A DNA stretch of 64,000 nt from a virus, in IMG/VR virus record IMGVR_UViG_3300020042_011666, positions 47,941 through 111,940 of that record; one strand, written 5' to 3'. How positions within the stretch are numbered: the first letter of the stretch is position 1; each line of letters begins with the position of its first letter. This document shows, piece by piece, positions 38,260 to 47,943 of the stretch. Position numbers and translations under genes: made by a program. Under the pieces are notes generated by a model. The model had not been told where the DNA came from. It was given only the letters and a program-made list of their open reading frames with translations, and did not search any database.

Positions 38260-38631
38260 TTATTTAACTATAAATACCTCGTCACCAATTTTTAAAGTTT
38301 CAATGGTACTTAAATGTATCATTCGAAAATCGCGTTTTGCTAAATCATATACGGGCAGTACTCCTTTTTGGAATGGATCATAAGGTAATTTTCCACCTCT
38401 TAATGCGTTTCTATAAATAGGGGATTCTCTAGTTACAGCAGTCATAACTCGTTTTTGTCCATTTTTCTTTATAAAAGTTACAGAGAATTTTTTTCCCTTA
38501 GTCATTACAATTTTATCAAGTGCCTCTTGCTTAGTAAGTGCTGCTTCTACTTCCTCGTTAAGGAATTTTTGCTCATACAGCATGTAACGCGCTGATTCTG
38601 TTATAATTTCTTTTAATAGGGATTTTTTCAT
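38260..38631 (-). CDS. WYL-like / Sm-like SH3 beta-barrel protein
   Basis: FSVTFIKKNGQKRVM...VYDLAKRDFRMI; N-terminal MKKSLLKEIITE leader. Confidence 0.65.
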   Translation of the reverse strand: MKKSLLKEIITESARYMLYEQKFLNEEVEAALTKQEALDKIVMTKGKKFSVTFIKKNGQKRVMTAVTRESPIYRNALRGGKLPYDPFQKGVLPVYDLAKRDFRMIHLSTIETLKIGDEVFIVK

Positions 38632-39221
38632 CGGTAAAATTCGCTGTAGTTTTTAAAATAATTGCTTAAACCATACAATTTTTTTCTTTGTTCTTCAAGA
38701 GAGACAATATTTTTATTGGTTTTTGCTACTGTTTCTCGATTTTCCCCGTTAGTTGTCCAAAGTATGGTAAAAGGAATATAGATAGGCCAATTATATGTGT
38801 TGTCTTTACTTAATATTTTATTATAAATATCAGAATTTGTCTCAATAAACTGCAATTCATTAGCTTTTTTAACAAAATAACGAGTAAATGATGGATATTG
38901 AGGTAATGGTGTAATGTATTTAGGTTCTAATAATGAGTCTAGTGATTGTGGTTTTCCATTTTGTTGGCGAATAGTATCATAGTCACTTGACAAATATGAA
39001 AAATCGTTAGGACTAGGATTAGCCCCACTGCTGTATTCTTTAGTAGATATAGTAACTAGTTTTTGAGAAATACCATCATTTGGGTTTCTACCACTAAATA
39101 CTCCGCCAGTACTTACTACATAATAGTACCCTGTGTAAGGTGTGTTAGGGGTAGATTGTAAAGCATACTTATCCCCATTAGTATATAAATCGGTTACTAT
39201 TTGTGATTTAGGATAATACAT
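38628..39221 (-). CDS. putative baseplate-associated virion protein
   Basis: End of the baseplate operon; no specific motif. Confidence 0.5.
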   Translation of the reverse strand: MYYPKSQIVTDLYTNGDKYALQSTPNTPYTGYYYVVSTGGVFSGRNPNDGISQKLVTISTKEYSSGANPSPNDFSYLSSDYDTIRQQNGKPQSLDSLLEPKYITPLPQYPSFTRYFVKKANELQFIETNSDIYNKILSKDNTYNWPIYIPFTILWTTNGENRETVAKTNKNIVSLEEQRKKLYGLSNYFKNYSEFYR

Positions 39222-39223
39222 TA

Positions 39224-41203
39224 TTAGAAATTAGGGACACGATATAAATATAAAGTCCAACAGTTACCTGGTTTACTATTATAAACAAAGCTTTGTCCAT
39301 AGTTGTTCTTTATATCCGATGACCATCCTGAAGGTGATTTTGATCCTACATAGATTTGAGTATGACCATATTTGCCTTCGTCTCCATCTGAGTCTTCTGA
39401 GTAGTAGATTAAAATATCGCCAACGTTGTAATCAATGCTGTTAATTGCTTGTTGGATTTGAGCTTTATTTAATCCTTCACCTATTAATGCTCCTGTATAT
39501 TTTAATCCTAGTAAGCTTGGGCTATAGGTTTTAGCAGGTCCTCCAGCCTTGGTTAATGATCCTTTTTTAAATATTCTGTTATTACCTGTTCCGGTTTCTC
39601 CATACTTAAAATAATTTTGGAAATTTAAAGCAATATTATATGTTCCCTGAGCGCATAGTCCTTTTATATCTGTAAGAACAATATGATTATCTCTATCAGG
39701 GGTAAGCCCAGCAAAAGTAAGATCCCATGCTTTAAATGATTTATTTAATTGAGTTAAGGCAATGTTATAAGGAAGTTTATTATATTGAGTATTAAGTTTA
39801 TAGGCTTTACAAACACCTGCAGGGACAATAGATGTAAAATCAATATTTAGTACCTGGATAGGTTTAATTTTAGCTTTTTCAGCAGCAGTTAAATCTTTTT
39901 CTTTTAAGTAAGTTAATGTAGCTAACTTAGTAATCCATTTATGTGTTGTTATCTCATGGGTAATACCAGTAATTATAAAATTAAAATCATTTTGGTAACT
40001 TAAAGGCAATACATCACTAGATAATTCAAACTGTTGAAATATTTTTATTCCACTAATACCTAACAATTCTACATCTAATTTAATAGGAATAAATGTAGGG
40101 TTTGATTGATTTTTTTCCGTAAATTCACCTACTATTGCTTTAAATAAATCTGCTACACTAGGCCCATTATTATCTTCGTCAGACATTTTTAAATTAACCC
40201 TAGCACTATTAGGTGAAGTATTTTGTTGTAAATTTGTTACCAAATTTTGAAAAGCCTCTAAATTAGTTTTAAATCTTTCTTCTATAGACCCAGTAACTTG
40301 GTCTTGAGATATTATTATTTTATCGGGGTATATGCGATCTATTAATCCTCTACTTAAGCGACTAAAGCTAGTTGCTTCCTCACCTAACTGGTTTCCGTTT
40401 GCTTGAGCGCCAATTGAAATAGCAGATGCTATTTCTGGGGTAACTTGTGATTGAGCGCTAAGACTTCTAACAAATGATCCCTGAGTATTGTTATCAGGTC
40501 CAATTCCTTGGGCTTGTATTAGGGTATAGCTTTGGTTGTTTGCGTATACTTTGGTTAATCCTTTAATACGATTTTGATTTACATCAATAATAGTTAAAAC
40601 ATTAGGTGTTTCATCCGGATTAATTACTACTTGAAGATCATTTATACCCCCTAATGCTCGGTTAACATCATTACAAACTGTTTGTAAAAAGTTTCGTAAA
40701 GTAATTTTATTTTCTTTATCTAAATTATCAGCAATTACTTGAGATAAATAACCAGTATTTAAGTATATGTAATTTATATTTCCTATTTGAGGATAAGCAT
40801 GATTTTGTTCTTGCCCTTTAGGAACATTTGCATTAATTAGTAAATTTTTATTTATATCAGTTAAATTAGAATCTCTAAAAAAATTAAAAGGATGAAAGGT
40901 AGCATAATTTTTATTAGGATTTGATCCATCCTCTATTTTTAATTGCTCATTATACAGGTAACATTTAGTTAAGTCTGTAGATATATGACAAGATAAAGCA
41001 TAGAATGGTTTATCACTTTCCCAATCAATAGAAACTATACCTTCACCATTACTTATTAAATTTAAATTTTCAGAGATAAAACGCAATAATGTTTGAAACG
41101 AAATATACATTTCAATCCCACCATCGGCATATTCAATATAGTTCATTCCCCTATATTCGGCGGTTATACTTTTAGTTATAAATTCTGAGTAGTTAATTGC
41201 CAT
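39224..41203 (-). CDS. baseplate hub-like protein with C-terminal papain-like (CHAP/NlpC-P60-type) peptidoglycan amidase
   Basis: Hub-like GISGIKIFQ...FIITGITHEI..W; catalytic GLCAQG...GDILIY...YGHTQIY. Confidence 0.65.
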   Translation of the reverse strand: MAINYSEFITKSITAEYRGMNYIEYADGGIEMYISFQTLLRFISENLNLISNGEGIVSIDWESDKPFYALSCHISTDLTKCYLYNEQLKIEDGSNPNKNYATFHPFNFFRDSNLTDINKNLLINANVPKGQEQNHAYPQIGNINYIYLNTGYLSQVIADNLDKENKITLRNFLQTVCNDVNRALGGINDLQVVINPDETPNVLTIIDVNQNRIKGLTKVYANNQSYTLIQAQGIGPDNNTQGSFVRSLSAQSQVTPEIASAISIGAQANGNQLGEEATSFSRLSRGLIDRIYPDKIIISQDQVTGSIEERFKTNLEAFQNLVTNLQQNTSPNSARVNLKMSDEDNNGPSVADLFKAIVGEFTEKNQSNPTFIPIKLDVELLGISGIKIFQQFELSSDVLPLSYQNDFNFIITGITHEITTHKWITKLATLTYLKEKDLTAAEKAKIKPIQVLNIDFTSIVPAGVCKAYKLNTQYNKLPYNIALTQLNKSFKAWDLTFAGLTPDRDNHIVLTDIKGLCAQGTYNIALNFQNYFKYGETGTGNNRIFKKGSLTKAGGPAKTYSPSLLGLKYTGALIGEGLNKAQIQQAINSIDYNVGDILIYYSEDSDGDEGKYGHTQIYVGSKSPSGWSSDIKNNYGQSFVYNSKPGNCWTLYLYRVPNF

Positions 41204-41206
41204 ATC

Positions 41207-42625
41207 TTATAGGTCTATTTTTAAATCCTCAGGAGTAATGATGGTTTCTAATCTATTTTCTAAATTAGTATTAAACACTGAAGTAGAGGAATTATATTTA
41301 TCTTTAATTTTAGTTTGTATAGTAGTAACAGCAATTACTCTACTAGTAGCATATTGGTCAGCACCATTTATTGTTTCAATAGTACTATATATTCCTGTAT
41401 AAGTTCTAAATGTGTCAGGATCAATAATAGCGTTAATTTCTGAAGTAAGTGCATTAAGTACTCTACCAAGTTCGATAATGTTAGCTTGATCGTCGTCCTT
41501 ACTAGTGCGTTCAGTGGCAATAGGAGTGTTATTAAGAGATAAGAAATTTGAATATTCATTGACAACTCCTACAAGTATTTGTTTTGCTTGAGGTAAGGCA
41601 GCAGCTTCATCTTGCAATTGATTAAGGTCTTCTATTTGTTCTTGAGTAGTATCACTTACCCCATTGTTAGGCATATTAACAATTAAATCTTGAAACATTT
41701 GATAAAATAAAGCATTTAAACTACTTAAAGACTTATTATTAACAACATTAATTAAACTAGGAGAAATTTCAGGATTTTGAGTAGCATCAATTCGTGCTTG
41801 ACTTTGAGAAGCTATAGCGTTATCTGAGGTATTTAATTTTAATGAGTCAATTATGTCTCCCCAAGAAATTAAATACAATACTATGTCATAACTTAAATCA
41901 GAGTTTAAATTCCAACTAAAATTCGTTACTCGGGATAAGGCTCCATCGTAATTGTAACTAGTATTCTTTTTATTTTCGTCTAATTTATTTTGAATAGTAA
42001 TAGGCTCAATCTTATCTGATTTTGTTCCGGGGTATAAAAGGCTTAGGATTGATGCTCCCGTAGTTTGTGATTTAACACCATCATTTAAAAAATAATCAGT
42101 ATGTCCCCATTCAACCACCATTGTATATCCTAAACGTAAGTAAACAGCCTCAATAGCCTCAAATTGTTTACGGGTAAAACATTTAATATTTAATGTTACC
42201 TCGCGTAATGAACCGTTGTTTTTATAGTTACTAGTCATACTAGTAATACCGGGTAACGGTTTTAAACCTTGAGCCCCATCTGATAAGAAACCATAAGTTG
42301 AATTTAAATCATATCCAATTCCTCTAGGTAACTGTTTTATATTTACTCCACCCCATAAAACTAAATTTTTAGCTAATTGATACCCAGTAATATCTCCAGG
42401 ATTTAACCCTAAATTATTTTTTAATGTAGTTAATCGTTCATCCTCATCAACACTTACTGCGGATGATAGACGAACAAATGATGTTGAGCTGTTAAAAACA
42501 ACTAAATTATCTTGTTGTTGAGTATTATCAAGTCTATTTCTAACAGATAATTGTTTTTGCCTTATTTTTACTTGGGCATCTACCCCACTATCAAAGGGTA
42601 AACCTAAAATTCTTGGAGTTGCCAT
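41207..42625 (-). CDS. baseplate hub-like protein (N-terminal part)
   Basis: PLPGITS...GSLRE...YLRLGYTMVVEWGH...NYDG..VTNFSW; follows the LysM gene. Confidence 0.6.
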   Translation of the reverse strand: MATPRILGLPFDSGVDAQVKIRQKQLSVRNRLDNTQQQDNLVVFNSSTSFVRLSSAVSVDEDERLTTLKNNLGLNPGDITGYQLAKNLVLWGGVNIKQLPRGIGYDLNSTYGFLSDGAQGLKPLPGITSMTSNYKNNGSLREVTLNIKCFTRKQFEAIEAVYLRLGYTMVVEWGHTDYFLNDGVKSQTTGASILSLLYPGTKSDKIEPITIQNKLDENKKNTSYNYDGALSRVTNFSWNLNSDLSYDIVLYLISWGDIIDSLKLNTSDNAIASQSQARIDATQNPEISPSLINVVNNKSLSSLNALFYQMFQDLIVNMPNNGVSDTTQEQIEDLNQLQDEAAALPQAKQILVGVVNEYSNFLSLNNTPIATERTSKDDDQANIIELGRVLNALTSEINAIIDPDTFRTYTGIYSTIETINGADQYATSRVIAVTTIQTKIKDKYNSSTSVFNTNLENRLETIITPEDLKIDL

Positions 42626-42930
42626 TACCTTGATTCATTTAATTGGTTAAAACTAGAAATTATACTGCTTATATCACCTGGGATTCTTAATTGTGTTCCT
42701 GGAGTAATAAATAAGGAGGCAAATGGTATAGTTGCGTTAGCTGATGCTATAACCCAATATAGGGTAGTATCACCATAATATTGTTGAGATAAATTATCTA
42801 ATCTATCACCCTCAGTTGTATAAACATATATATCGCTTTCAGAATACGGAATTTCAGGGTAAAAAGTGGTACCTAAGTACCTTGTACCTGTGCTTGTTTT
42901 TAATTCGGGTATGTTAGCGTAACGATTCAT
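42625..42930 (-). CDS. LysM-type baseplate protein (P2 gpX / T4 gp53-like)
   Basis: EGDRLDNLSQQYYGDTTLYWVIASAN...PGTQLRIP; start reassigned to MNRY. Confidence 0.8.
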   Translation of the reverse strand: MNRYANIPELKTSTGTRYLGTTFYPEIPYSESDIYVYTTEGDRLDNLSQQYYGDTTLYWVIASANATIPFASLFITPGTQLRIPGDISSIISSFNQLNESR

Positions 42931-42931
42931 T

Positions 42932-45079
42932 TTAGTCTTGAAGATTAATATCTGTGGTTTGAGAAAGTTTTCCGCCACGAGGTGTTCCTAAAGGTACAGG
43001 AGTAAATAGTGGAAGAGATCCAGGAGGAGCAGGATTATTAATAGAAGGAATTTGTGTTTGTGTTATAGGTCTAGGGGCAACAGGAATATTAAAGTTATTA
43101 GCATAATACTTATCATATCCTTTAGTACCATACTCTAATAAATTAGATGCATCTATAGTTGAAACTCCTCCAGCGTTAGCGGCTAAGTTAGCTTCTTCAC
43201 CAGGACCATATATCTTATCACCACCATTACTAAAGAAATAAATTTTATTATCATCCAAGTATTGGTTTTCTGTTCCACCTACTCCTGTAGGGTTAGTAAT
43301 AAATGCTACATCTCTACCTCCATCATTTAGTCGTGGGGTAAAGTCGTGTATTGGGGTAAAGGCAACATCTACTTCAAAATATTTTGGAGTTTCCATTAAT
43401 CCTTCATCCTCGCCGGTTTCGGGTGAGTTAAGTGCAATTTCCCAACTTGCTTCCTCAGGTATAGTATAAGTTAAGCTAGTAATAAAACCAGGCACATACA
43501 TTAAGTAGTCGCCAATAGTTAATCTAACTAAATTACCTTTCATATATCCACTATTATAATCAGGAGATAGTGAGGATGCAAGGTAGTTTAACTTTTGATA
43601 CAAAGGTCTCATTTCGGCTCTTGATTGAGCCGCTACTTTAAATGAAAAGTTAATAGCACGAGATGATCCCTGGTAGTTCCAAACTTTATCACCTCTACCT
43701 ACAAATCTGTATCCTTCCCAATCTGAACTGTATTGGTCAGTTATAGCCCCTAAAAATGCTCTAAAATGGACAAATGTAGATATATCAGGGTTAGTGTTAT
43801 CAATTACCTCAAACCTAAATTTTACTAAATCTCGTGTTAATACATTAGGATCTAATACAATTCTGTCTCTGTATAATGGAATCATGTTGATTCGATCAAC
43901 AGTATCGTTATCGTAAATATTTAATCGAGATCTATTCCTAGTGCGTTTACCAGGATTACCATCTCCAACACGTTGTATTCTATTTACTCGAGCATTTTGA
44001 TAATCAAACGAATAAATACCTATCTTATCAGGGGCACCAATTATATCTTTTCTAAAATCAGAAGGTACTGCTTTTCCAAATTCATCAGGATCAAGGATTG
44101 ATTTTCTATCTCTTAATTGTATTTGGTTAAAAGTGTAAACACCTCTATTTATAGTATTTGCTGTATTTTCAGAAGGAAATGTATTACCTAAAGTATAAAC
44201 ACTATTTTGAGCAAAGAAATTAGTATTATTTTTTTCTCCAGGCCCAGTAATAATGTTAATGTAATTTAATTCACCTGATTTGTTTGATGCTCCTAAAAAA
44301 CTATTTATATTGTTAGTTTTAAATAATGTTCCATTAACAGTATTGTTTTTACTGATTTGGAGAGCATCATTTGTTCTAGATAATAATTGACCTGTTGTTA
44401 ATCTATCATTAGCAAAAGGGATACGTGTTCTTCCTAAACCTGGTGAGTTAGGCCCACCAGTGTAAGATAATATAAAATTATCATTAGCCGCTATTCCTAG
44501 GTTTTGGCCTGTGTTTCTAGTAACTAGTAAAGTATCACGTTTTTGTATATCGGGATTTTGAGGGTCACCGATTTTTGTTTGTTTTAATAATGCTAATCGT
44601 GTTTGAGGTTCAGCATCATCACTATCTAGTCTTTTATAAACACTAGCATATTTAACCTCACTATTAAAAATAGGACCTAAACCCTGTTTTTCAATATGTA
44701 AGCCTGTTCCTGACCCAGCAACTTGGGCTAAGGTCATTAGTGGATTATATAATCCTGCTACAGGATTTGATCTATTGGGACGACCAGGTACTAAAGGATT
44801 TTGTAACGATAATAATTCTTGTTTGGCAATAAACAATTGCCCGTTTCTACTTAATAAGAATTTACCAATACGAGTTGTATCATCAATTCTATTTTCAAGT
44901 TGATTTTTTGGATCTCTTAATAGAAAATCAGGAAAAGTAGAATCAGGATCACTTTCTACTGGGGGTAAGTTTTTTATAATATAGGGCTGTTTACTATTAC
45001 CTCCTCCGGGACGATCATTACCGAATTTTAAATTACGGTATTGTGTTCCAACATCGGTTAATAGTTCTCTTAAAGCCAT
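42932..45079 (-). CDS. tail tube initiator / baseplate protein
   Basis: FRAFLGAITD...W..YRFVGRGD..YQG.SR.INFSF...RLTIGDY...GFITSL; follows tape measure. Confidence 0.65.
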   Translation of the reverse strand: MALRELLTDVGTQYRNLKFGNDRPGGGNSKQPYIIKNLPPVESDPDSTFPDFLLRDPKNQLENRIDDTTRIGKFLLSRNGQLFIAKQELLSLQNPLVPGRPNRSNPVAGLYNPLMTLAQVAGSGTGLHIEKQGLGPIFNSEVKYASVYKRLDSDDAEPQTRLALLKQTKIGDPQNPDIQKRDTLLVTRNTGQNLGIAANDNFILSYTGGPNSPGLGRTRIPFANDRLTTGQLLSRTNDALQISKNNTVNGTLFKTNNINSFLGASNKSGELNYINIITGPGEKNNTNFFAQNSVYTLGNTFPSENTANTINRGVYTFNQIQLRDRKSILDPDEFGKAVPSDFRKDIIGAPDKIGIYSFDYQNARVNRIQRVGDGNPGKRTRNRSRLNIYDNDTVDRINMIPLYRDRIVLDPNVLTRDLVKFRFEVIDNTNPDISTFVHFRAFLGAITDQYSSDWEGYRFVGRGDKVWNYQGSSRAINFSFKVAAQSRAEMRPLYQKLNYLASSLSPDYNSGYMKGNLVRLTIGDYLMYVPGFITSLTYTIPEEASWEIALNSPETGEDEGLMETPKYFEVDVAFTPIHDFTPRLNDGGRDVAFITNPTGVGGTENQYLDDNKIYFFSNGGDKIYGPGEEANLAANAGGVSTIDASNLLEYGTKGYDKYYANNFNIPVAPRPITQTQIPSINNPAPPGSLPLFTPVPLGTPRGGKLSQTTDINLQD

Positions 45080-45148
45080 TTATTATTTTTATTTACTTAT
45101 AAAGTAGGAGGTTTCCATTCAATAACATTTGTATTATTGTTTATTTGA

Positions 45149-45367
45149 TTAAGGACGCTTAGGAGTTCTTGTAATCCTACCAGCGGCTACTGAATCAGGA
45201 TTAGATGTGTCTTTGCGCAAAGTCTCATCATATGTTCCATTTCCAAAACTATCATTGATAGATTTAAAATTAGGATCAGCATTCTGAACTAAAGGTACTA
45301 AACCATCTAATGAATCGTCTCCGTTAATAGTTTTGTCTAATAATCTTTCTAATAAAGTGGTTCCCAT
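45149..45367 (-). CDS. small virion-module protein
   Basis: ORF track; TATTTATA upstream. Confidence 0.55.
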   Translation of the reverse strand: MGTTLLERLLDKTINGDDSLDGLVPLVQNADPNFKSINDSFGNGTYDETLRKDTSNPDSVAAGRITRTPKRP

Positions 45368-45407
45368 AATGTGTTATTTTGTTATAAATATTAAAAATTA
45401 TTGTTTT

Positions 45408-47630
45408 TTATGTTGTAGCGCTTGTATCAATTCCACCACCTCCAAATTGTCTAATGTTAGAGGATATGCTATATGTTGAACGAGCGGTAGCATTACCTAT
45501 GTTAGCTCCATTAAGGGCAAGTTGAACAACAGTGGTTGAAGGTGTTACTTTAACATTTTGTTGAGTTGGTGCTGCTTGTTGAGGTGCTATCTTTATTGCC
45601 CCTTTAGGACGCGATTGAATATCGTTTACTGGGATTGGGTTAGTAGTAGCAATAATATTGTCATTATCATTTAAAGCAAATATTGAACCTTTATCAAACA
45701 GCATACGTTTACCATATCCTGTTGATATACCATCATCCATTGTTTTAAAGTCTTGGAACATACCTAATAATGCTCCCAAACCTGCTAAAACAGCAATAGT
45801 AATTCCTCCAGCTGTTAATACATTACCTATAGTTAAAGCACCCGCAGATGCTAAAACTAATTGGCTTGCCATCAACGATATACTACTTATTAACCTTACT
45901 AATGATAAACCAGCAAGGGCACCAACAGTTGCTAACACTAAAGTAGAACTAGATGCTAATGAGGCAAAGGCATTTAAGATTGGTTCTAAAGCGTATCCAA
46001 CATTTCCAATTATTTCTTGTATTTTTTCTAATGTTGCTTTAAATCTATCTCCAATAGATAAAGCCTGCATTTGTTCATAGTTAGCTTCACCAAATTTAGC
46101 TCTAAATCCTTCAGCACCTAATGCTAAGAATTGAGTCTGCATAACCATTTTACCTAATTCCTCACGAGACAATCCTAAGGCCTTAGCTGCAGCATCTTGT
46201 GCTAAACGGTTATCGGTGGCAAAAGCATTAATTAATTCTTGGTTATTACCAATTTCCTCAGTTAATTTGGCTGTTTGGTTGGTTAAAGCATAATAACGAG
46301 CAGCCTCTAAATTAATCTGTTTACCAGTCATTAATTCGGCGGCTAATTCATTTTCAATAGATGATTGGAAATCAAGTAATGAAGACGCGATTTGGTCAGC
46401 CTCACCCAATGTTAATCCTAATTGTCTTGCTTTAGTTGATGCTTCAGCTAATGCATTAACACTTCCACCTAAACTAACAACAGTAGCAGCACTAGCATTA
46501 GCAATATCATTAAACACGGCTTTAATGTTAATAGCTGTGCCTTTTTGTCGGTTTAATGCGCTTACTGTTTTAGAGGCATTATTTAATGTGGTTTCTGTAT
46601 TTTCGCCTTGTAAACGCGCTAAATACGTTAATTGAGTTGCCTCTTTAGTGTTGAGCCCTAATCTTTGTGTTAAATTAGTAAATGTTTCTAATGTTTGTCC
46701 TGAAATATCAGCGGCAAATCCTAATTCAGCACTTAATTCTCTAAATGATTGATTTAATTTTTTGCTAGTGATGAATATATCTCCAGAGGTAATAGCTTGT
46801 CTTTCAAGTTCTGTTGATATTCCTTTTGCAGTTTCGCGAGTAATGCCAAATGCTTTTTGAAGATTTGTAATTTTTTCATCGGCTTGTAAAATTGCTTTAA
46901 CTAAAAATGCACCTATAGCTAAAGCAGCTAATTTACCACCAGCATTTAAATCCATTACTAATTTTACAGATTTGCCTAGTTCACCAGGTAGCTTATTAGC
47001 GGCGGCTACTAATTTATCAGTTATTGTTAATTCTTTTTCTCGTTCCGCGTTTACTTTTTCTAATTCTTCTCGTTGTAGTTTAGTTAAAAGCAATAAACGA
47101 GCATTACGGCTCATATTTTTAGTTGTTCTATCAAGAAGTTCTTCTTGTTTCCTTATTGTATTTTTAAGATTTTCAATTCTACTTTGATCTCTTCGTTCTA
47201 TAGGTAAACTTAATTCTTTTTCAAGATTTTTAGTAGTTTTGTTAATAAAATTAACTGTACGTCCAGCGGCTTCGGCTCGGTCTTTATCTTGTTTTGTTAA
47301 ATCCTTAGATAAATTAGTTTCTTTTGCTTGTGCCTCTAAAATTAATTTTTTATTTTTATTAACTTGTTTTACTTTTTCAACTGAGTCTTCTAAGTCTAAG
47401 CTTTGGTCACGAATAGCTCTTTGGATTTTTTTATTGATATCTAAAGTATCATTCTCAAACTGGGTTCGTTTAGACTGGATTCCTAAAATTTCTTTTATTG
47501 ATTCTAGGTAAGATGTAGATAATGAATAACTTTCACTTTGTAATTCAAGGCGTTTCCTTAGGATTTCGTTTTCTTGCTCAAGAAGAGCATTTTCCTCTTG
47601 TTGTCGTTTTAATTCCTCGGGTGTAGCCAT
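45408..47630 (-). CDS. tail tape measure protein
   Basis: Long helical Ala/Leu-rich protein with hydrophobic segments, downstream of tube and chaperone. Confidence 0.8.
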   Translation of the reverse strand: MATPEELKRQQEENALLEQENEILRKRLELQSESYSLSTSYLESIKEILGIQSKRTQFENDTLDINKKIQRAIRDQSLDLEDSVEKVKQVNKNKKLILEAQAKETNLSKDLTKQDKDRAEAAGRTVNFINKTTKNLEKELSLPIERRDQSRIENLKNTIRKQEELLDRTTKNMSRNARLLLLTKLQREELEKVNAEREKELTITDKLVAAANKLPGELGKSVKLVMDLNAGGKLAALAIGAFLVKAILQADEKITNLQKAFGITRETAKGISTELERQAITSGDIFITSKKLNQSFRELSAELGFAADISGQTLETFTNLTQRLGLNTKEATQLTYLARLQGENTETTLNNASKTVSALNRQKGTAINIKAVFNDIANASAATVVSLGGSVNALAEASTKARQLGLTLGEADQIASSLLDFQSSIENELAAELMTGKQINLEAARYYALTNQTAKLTEEIGNNQELINAFATDNRLAQDAAAKALGLSREELGKMVMQTQFLALGAEGFRAKFGEANYEQMQALSIGDRFKATLEKIQEIIGNVGYALEPILNAFASLASSSTLVLATVGALAGLSLVRLISSISLMASQLVLASAGALTIGNVLTAGGITIAVLAGLGALLGMFQDFKTMDDGISTGYGKRMLFDKGSIFALNDNDNIIATTNPIPVNDIQSRPKGAIKIAPQQAAPTQQNVKVTPSTTVVQLALNGANIGNATARSTYSISSNIRQFGGGGIDTSATT

Positions 47631-47634
47631 TTGT

Positions 47635-47642
47635 TATAAATA
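47635..47642 (-). promoter_or_regulatory. putative late promoter TATTTATA (tape measure)
   Basis: Recurrent motif, 4 nt before ATG. Confidence 0.6.
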
Positions 47643-47652
47643 TTTAAGGGCA

Positions 47653-47943
47653 CTACTTTTGTGTAGCGCCCCCGTTGTATTTTAGTTTTGCACCTTTAGC
47701 ATAGTCGGGAACTTGTACTTGTCCTGATTTAACTTTGCTAGTAAAGGTATCAATATCATCTTTATCTTTATTTTGTTCCTCGTGCCAAGTTTTAATTTGG
47801 TGGAAAGTATATTGTCGTAACCATATTGGCATTGCGTATACATCCGGAAATGTATATCCGCCTTTACCATGAAATATAATTTGATGTATTTGATCAAACA
47901 GGGCTTTTCTGTACTCAGGCGTCAGGCCAAAAAAAGCTAAGCC
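47653..47943 (-). CDS. +1-frame extension of the tail assembly chaperone (gp51-like / lambda gpT-like)
   Basis: Open frame FFGLTPEYRKALFDQIHQIIFHGKGGYTFPDVYAMPIWLR...GATQK*; no ATG before MPIWLR; begins across the T7 run at 47929-47935. Confidence 0.7.
   Translation of the reverse strand, partial: GLAFFGLTPEYRKALFDQIHQIIFHGKGGYTFPDVYAMPIWLRQYTFHQIKTWHEEQNKDKDDIDTFTSKVKSGQVQVPDYAKGAKLKYNGGATQK

Noticed and set aside
47682-47897. ORF-track 71-aa ORF MIKYIKLYF...
   Set aside because: Lies in the -1 frame, which a TGA right after the slippery site blocks; the overlapping +1 frame gives the chaperone-like sequence
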